Under the pieces are notes generated by a model that saw only the letters and a program-made list of their open reading frames with translations, was not told where the DNA came from and searched no databases. From NCBI GenBank assembly GCA_905178155.1, contig CAJINV010000005.1, positions 3,469,902 to 3,533,901 on the forward strand: 64,000 bases of DNA, given 5' to 3'. The translations under genes and the position numbers were made by a program. Source of the stretch: Amoebophrya sp. A120. Lineage: Eukaryota; Protista; Dinoflagellata. Of the stretch, positions 58,279-64,000 are shown piece by piece (the stretch's first letter is position 1; the number at the start of each line of letters is the position of its first letter).

Positions 58279-61200
58279 TCAAACTCTGTCCTCGACTGGC
58301 GACACCGGAGGGAGCGCTGCGCGGTAATCGTAGTCTTCATCGATTGCAGCTTTTTGCTGCTGTTGCAGTACGAATTCTGCAGTCCGATTCGAGGGATCGG
58401 CATCTTGATCGTGTTCCTGCTCCCCCGATAGCTGTGCAACTGGTTCGCGGCTACTGGCCCCACCTGACTGGTGCCCCCGCAACACAAATTCCTTCGCGTT
58501 TTTCAGCGCCAGCTTTCCCATCGGGTGCACCGTGTACAGTAACTGCCCGACGTGGCACATCTCGTGGTAGATCTGCAAGTCCACGCTCAGCCCACACTTC
58601 GCCATCAACTGCGCTAACTCGACGTGAATGTCCCGGAGCACCTCCGTTTCGCCGGACTGGATCAGGATCTCGATGGGCTTATTAACGACCTGCTTTTTTC
58701 GTCCGACTTCATCTTGTGGCGAAGAAATTGTACTACCAGTCGTAGCAGTACTACTAGCGGGGGGACGTTCTTGTGGTCTTCTATCCGACAAGAAGTTCTG
58801 AAACGCGTACACACTGGACAGCACTGGGTCCTCGAAAGCCCTGTTGCAACTTCTGGCAATCCCGGAAGCAAGCATTTTCACCGTTTCCGGGTGAATCATG
58901 TCAGTTTGCCGGTTGGACACAAAACTCGGCGTTTTCTTTTCGTTCGCACTTTGGTCGGCCCAGGGGGAGAACAGAATCGCTTTGCCCGGGAGGGCGAGTT
59001 TGTTGTTCTGCTTTTTCATCATGATCTTCGGAGCTGCACCGATTTTTGTGCTCGCCGGTTCATCTTTGCACTGCTGAACAAGCGTCAACGGGGCGATTGT
59101 TGCGTTGATGTTGGGAGAAGCATTTTCGTTCGCGCTGTTCTCTATGTCAATGAGACCACCGACGTCTCCGTCACCGTCTAAGAGAATGCCGTCCTCTGGT
59201 ACAACCAGATCCTCTCGTGGAGAGCAGAACTCGAGGGATTTCTGGTCATCCTCATCTTCCGAAAAGAAATCCTTCTCGTCCTGCTCCAACAATCCCAACT
59301 TGAGCAATAACTGCACGCACAGCTGCCCGCCGGCGGAATCTCCGACCAAAATGATGTTTTCGCAGGGCACAGATAACTCCTCTATCCTGATTAAAAACGT
59401 CCCCACACCAGAGTCAAGATGGGGATTTTGCAACACAAACCTAGGAGTTTTAGGAGTCACGCATGACAAGTTTCAGTCCGTAAGGTAGTGCAAGTTAGCA
59501 AGGAAAGCCGCATGACAAATCGACCTTCTGATCCTGTTTACAGCATTACAAGTTCCCAAACACGATTGAAAACGCCTGTAATGGGGTTGCGCATCACAAA
59601 CGTTCCTGTCATGGCAAATCTGCATGACAACTCTGGGGTGGGGGCGTTTTTACATTTGATATCCTCGACCAGAAACCTGTAGACCTGCAGCCCATCTTCC
59701 ACCGCACACTCCACATCGAAATCCGGCGGTCTTCTGAAATTCGCCAGGAGCGCCACAAAATCACTGCCGCAATTGCGGACCAACCAGGCCAGCAGCGCGG
59801 TGTTCGCGCTGTCCGCGTCGCAAAACACGAACGCGCCGCCGTGAAAGTAGAGAAAAACCTTCTGCCGCGCGGGGTCGGGGATCACGAGTTTTCCGAGTTC
59901 GAGATTTGAGTAGACTTTTTTCTTATCGAAGTTTTTCTTTTCCGCTTCTTCTTTCGACCAGAGCCAGTAGTGCCGGACGTGGGCTTCGGCGACGGAGGTT
60001 GTTGTCGTTGTACTGATAGGAGGCTTTGACTTTGTAGTAGTACCTTTATTACCAGTTGCAGCTCTTCCCGTCGGGGATCCAGTGCCAGTACCAGTAGCAG
60101 TACTTGGAGACAGTAATTGCCTGATATTATCATCGTCGTTGGTATCAGCGATGGATCCCGACTGGAGTTTCTTCGCGAACGCGATACTGCTCGTAATCCC
60201 GTTATCCGAGACGCTATGAAAGCCTCAGGTTGGAAATCCTCAAAGTGGAAATATTTTGTAATGCAAGAAAACGACTCCCGTTGAATCGCCATTTCTAGTC
60301 GGCGCATGACAAATTTTCCGGGCACTCAAAGCATGTCTGTCATGCTAGGTAGGCAAAGGGGTGCCCTTCTCTCGTGCTAATCAGCAGCCCAATTCTGAAC
60401 CCCTAGCAGGACAATAGTCGGTCTCCATTGCGTCCTCTGCAATACAGTCTTTTTTGCCTTGCATTTCATGCATCACAAATTATTTCCACTTTGAGGATTT
60501 CCATTCTGAGGCTTTCATAGACGCACGGGTGGGCGGACTCCACAAACCCGCACTCCATCCAAAAAGACGCTTTCTTATCAAAAGAAAAAAGTTCGTCACG
60601 ATCACTCATGGGCATTTTTGCAATACAAAATTGTCTGTCATGCGTAAAAATGCATCACAGCCACACTTCATAAGGGATTTCCCTAGTGTTTCTGCAATAC
60701 AAGGAGAAGTTGTGATGCTAAAAAAATTTGTAATGCAAAACCTGCAACTTGGTGACTGTGACAAACTTTTTTCTCTCCATATTTCTGGAGTTTGCTGTAG
60801 TAGGGGAAAAGAAAGCTAGGGAGCGTCATGTCGGTCAGGAAGCGGTAGAGCCGGACGTTCAGTCTGGACAGCGGATCTAGTCGTAACGTTTTCAAGGCCG
60901 TGAACAACAGCCGGAGCAGCAAAACGTGGTAGAACCCGTTCTGCCGGTCCTGCTGGGAGAGTAAAATGTCTACAGGCTCGGGAATGCGGTAGTGGTACAG
61001 TTTCTCCAAGTCAAATTCTTGCTCGAAGGGAAGAGATTCAGGTTGGTCTTCTTTGCTCTTACTTCGGTTTCGCTTCACTTTACTGCTGTTACGCTCGTCT
61101 CCCGCCACAGTCGACCTGTCGTCATTTTTACCAACAGCAAGAGCACCACCAGCATTGTTCTGAGACTGAGGATTTTTACCACGATGGTGATCTTCATCAT

Positions 61201-62257
61201 GATCCTGCTTACTATTGTTCGTGCCACCAGCGCCAGCTCCACTTGTTCTCTGTGCCAAAAACAGTTTTCGTTTCCTTTTCCGCATCAGTTTCAAGGCGTT
61301 CGGATTGGTCAAATACTTCGACGAGGTACTGGAGCAGGCGTTGTCTATGCCCAGACTCCCGTACAACAAGCTCGCTTCCAACCGCGTCTTTGTCGCTTTC
61401 AAGTAGTTCCACAACCAGGATTTTCGCGAACTGTCGAGTGCACGTAAAACCTGATCGACTGTCGCCAGCTCTAGAAGGTACGCATCCTGGGTGCCGTCGG
61501 CCGTCTCGTGAAAGTAGACGGCACGAGACGTGGTGGCGGTTTTGGATGGGGAAGGTGCTGAGCTGGACGACGCAGGGGAAGAGCCGACTCTTAGGATTGC
61601 CGCCGCCTGCAAAACCTGTTTTCTCGTCGTGATACGAGCTGGTTCTTGCGGGGATTTTTGGGTGTGCTGTGCGTGGTCCACATGGTCTCCGGAAGTAGTG
61701 GCTTCGTGCTTGTTCTTATTTTCTGGCGAGATAGGTGGTAGCTGCGGATTGCGAAGAGCTCCTGCTTTGGTGTGTACATCCGCAGCTTGATGCTGGTCAT
61801 GGTTCTGCTCGTCATCTTTTTCGCTCAGGAGTGTTTTTTCATTTTCTCCACCACGGTTCTTCACATCAGCCACTGCTTTCTGCGGCGCTCCGATCACCAC
61901 AGCGCCACCTGTGGTTCCCGTCACATCATTCTCGGCGGTTTTGCTTTTTCGCGGCAAATTGTAGTCGGTTGTACTACTAGCGCTTGTTGCAACATCTTCT
62001 CGATCTCCCGTCGGTCTTTTCGGAGGACAGCAGGCACGCAGAAACAGGAAATGCAGAAAGAAAAAGACCAAGCCAATCAAACCGCTAAGGAGGACATCCA
62101 GGAAGAGCCAGGCGAGGAAGTAAAGCAGCGGCAGCCCCACGAGCAGGAAGATCGCGGAGAAAGGGAGGACGCAGCAGGTGGTCAGAAACGTGTTATAGCA
62201 GGGAAAACCGGCTTTGGGAAGGGGCTTGGAACTCTCGTCGCCGGGTTGGTAAACCAT
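58279..62257 (-). CDS. Membrane-anchored alpha/beta hydrolase, HSL/GDXG family, ~1057 aa
   Basis: FLYFHGGAF, ILVGDSAGG, LFSPWAD, QSGETEVLRD, YHEMCHV, plus N-terminal hydrophobic helices. Exons 62257-60782, 60570-60520, 60209-59662, 59377-58279 (3174 nt) are separated only by introners. Confidence 0.92.
59383..59661. mobile_element. Introner E10 (TIR TAAAAACGYCCCCACMCCAGAGT), 279 bp
   Basis: Direct repeat TCCTC at 59378-59382 and 59662-59666. Removal gives YRFLVEELSVPCENIILVGDSAGG. Confidence 0.93.
60215..60519. mobile_element. Introner E11 (~50-bp TIR TATGAAAGCCTCAG..TGGAAATCCTCAAAGTGGAAATA), 305 bp
   Basis: Direct repeat GACGC at 60210-60214 and 60520-60524. Removal gives AHPCVSDNG. Confidence 0.93.
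60576..60781. mobile_element. Introner E12 (TIR AGAAAAAAGTTYGTCAC), 206 bp
   Basis: Direct repeat TTTCT at 60571-60575 and 60782-60786. Removal gives SKLQKASFWMEC. Confidence 0.9.
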
Positions 62258-63798
62258 TTTCTTCGATAAAGCACTACAGAGGAGGACGTAGTGCAGGTTG
62301 GTCGGCGCGGCTGGAACTACACAGATTCTTCAGCGGTGGTCCTTGCGATTCTCAAAAGCAATCGCATTCGGAAAATAAGTTACAAAATTTGTACAGGTCG
62401 TGCGTTCCCCAGGTCATTGATGTTGCCATCTTCTTCTTCCTCTGTGAGTTTTGTTTGGCTGCTCAGTAACAAACTCTGATGGCATGAAGATTGAATTTTT
62501 CCCGTCCCAGGTAGAAAGTATTGTCTCACCCGTCCCAGTAGTCGTTGCTTCAGCGGTGGTGTGTTAACCGAACAGCACGATATCCATTATGAATTGATGG
62601 AATGCGAACGATAGTAAATGGTGGAAAAAAATCACTTGCAATGCTGCTTTACTACAATATACAATTGTTCAATCAACAACAACGGTCGCAAACAAAATTT
62701 AAACCTCAGGAGGAGGATATTAAGCTCTGAGCATCAATTGCGTGCCCGAAAAACGACGAAAGGAAAAATACTCACGAAGTAGTGCAAAACGAAGTTTCAC
62801 ACGGATTTTCTGATATACCGCAGTGGATCTTCTTCTGTGCAATGTGAAAACCCATACGACTAGGACAACTACACGTTAGAGGATAAGATAGCTACTACAC
62901 AGCTCTCGTCACGCTTCCCTGCCCATCATGCGTCATGGAAATGTACTAAGTGGGTTGATTGTTTGTGGTGCTTCAACAACAAACATGCGGTGCGCTGAAA
63001 AAGACGGAAAAAATATGAAAGAATCTCGCCAAGCCGGTGTCTCACACTAGGGATCTTGTTCAGGATCTACTTGACCTTGAGACTCATCTATATTGTTCAC
63101 GACTGACCATGATGTCGATCTCATACATTTATTCAGACCTCCTCTAAATAAACGCTCCGAATTGCCCCAGGTGCGGCCTTTGACGAATCTGCACCGTTCT
63201 GTATGATCATGTCGCTCGTCGTGATGAAGATGATCTTGTCATTCAAAATCTTTTGTCGATCTCAGCAGTGCCATTACCAGATCCATTTTCATTAGGACCT
63301 GCATACTATACTCACTTCAAAATCTTCAGAGCGATAGTTTTAGTACTTAGCAGAAGTCGCTCAGAAGTCAAAATTCGAGATCGAGCGGAACAGATGACAC
63401 AGATGGACGTCAGGAGCACGACCCTGGTACTAGATGCAAATTGCAGCGAGCACGAATCGATCGACGACACTTGAATACTTTAGATGATCCATCCTGCAGC
63501 TTCTGGAGAAGCTAAAGTTACAATAAATGAGGAAGAAACAGGAGCTTGTCGTGCTGTCGCTAGTCAACGAGTCGCTTTCACTTTCGAGTTCACATCACTG
63601 ACCCAAATTTTTCGATTTTCTGCGAAGAACTTCACGCATCTTCATTGAGTGGACGGACTTTTACTTCTTGTACTATACATTCATGTCTTCTGACTGTTGA
63701 TCGAACTGTAGATGAGAATAAGCTTTGAAGGGGAGCCAAAGTACTAGCCGGAGCGCGCTAGTACAAACATAGCCATAAGTACATCAAAAACCAGTCTG

Positions 63799-64000
63799 TT
63801 AGGTGCTATCCATACAGTCGTCCTCTTCCTCGTCGCCACTGTCGATGATTTGATCAGCCCAAGGATTTTCGATGTTGTAAATCGCATAGATGTCCCCCAC
63901 TTTCTGCACGTCTTTCGCCATCTTTTTAGCAAGCTGCTGCACATCCAGCAAGGGCGCAATCCGGCTAAGCACTTTGTCCAGATCGATCACGTCTTTCTTT
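63799..64000 (-). CDS. 3' end of a gene entering from beyond the window, product unknown
   Basis: Open frame from the window edge: ...VIDLDKVLSRIAPLLDVQQLAKKMAKDVQKVGDIYAIYNIENPWADQIIDSGDEEEDD...stop, with coding-like composition. Confidence 0.7.
   Translation of the reverse strand, partial: KKDVIDLDKVLSRIAPLLDVQQLAKKMAKDVQKVGDIYAIYNIENPWADQIIDSGDEEEDDCMDST

Noticed and set aside
1801-60786. 3-bp target duplication model for the introners
   Set aside because: The bases on both sides of the 3-mer also match in 11 of 13 elements, so a 5-bp repeat with TAT...ATA ends is the simpler reading.
208-62479. Plus-strand ORFs in the supplied track
   Set aside because: Mostly antisense shadows of minus-strand exons, with no recognisable domains.

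Overview
Gene-dense eukaryotic DNA. All 13 protein-coding genes I can support lie on the minus strand. The co-oriented genes, low-complexity-inflated proteins, and mix of GT-AG and non-canonical introns point to a syndinian dinoflagellate such as Amoebophrya (inference). Recognisable products: a TRIP4/ASC-1 homologue fused to a probably inactive AlkB-like domain, mercaptopyruvate sulfurtransferase, a ~4,100-aa kinesin-like protein with degenerate ATPase motifs, TRM13, a C2/SH3b/EF-hand protein, Mpv17/PMP22, a zf-C2HC protein and an HSL-family alpha/beta hydrolase. Thirteen MITE-like introner elements (133-305 bp) interrupt coding exons. They have TAT...ATA termini (two have one decayed end), terminal inverted repeats, 5-bp flanking direct repeats and a shared internal GCAT(G/C/T)ACA motif. 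Removing an element plus one repeat restores the reading frame every time, yet none gives a GT-AG junction, and related copies occur in both orientations. Three 1.5-2.1 kb islands of ~75-80% GC retain faint LINE- and Copia-like motifs, suggesting transposon-directed AT-to-GC hypermutation. Gene models were assembled by eye, with no RNA evidence.
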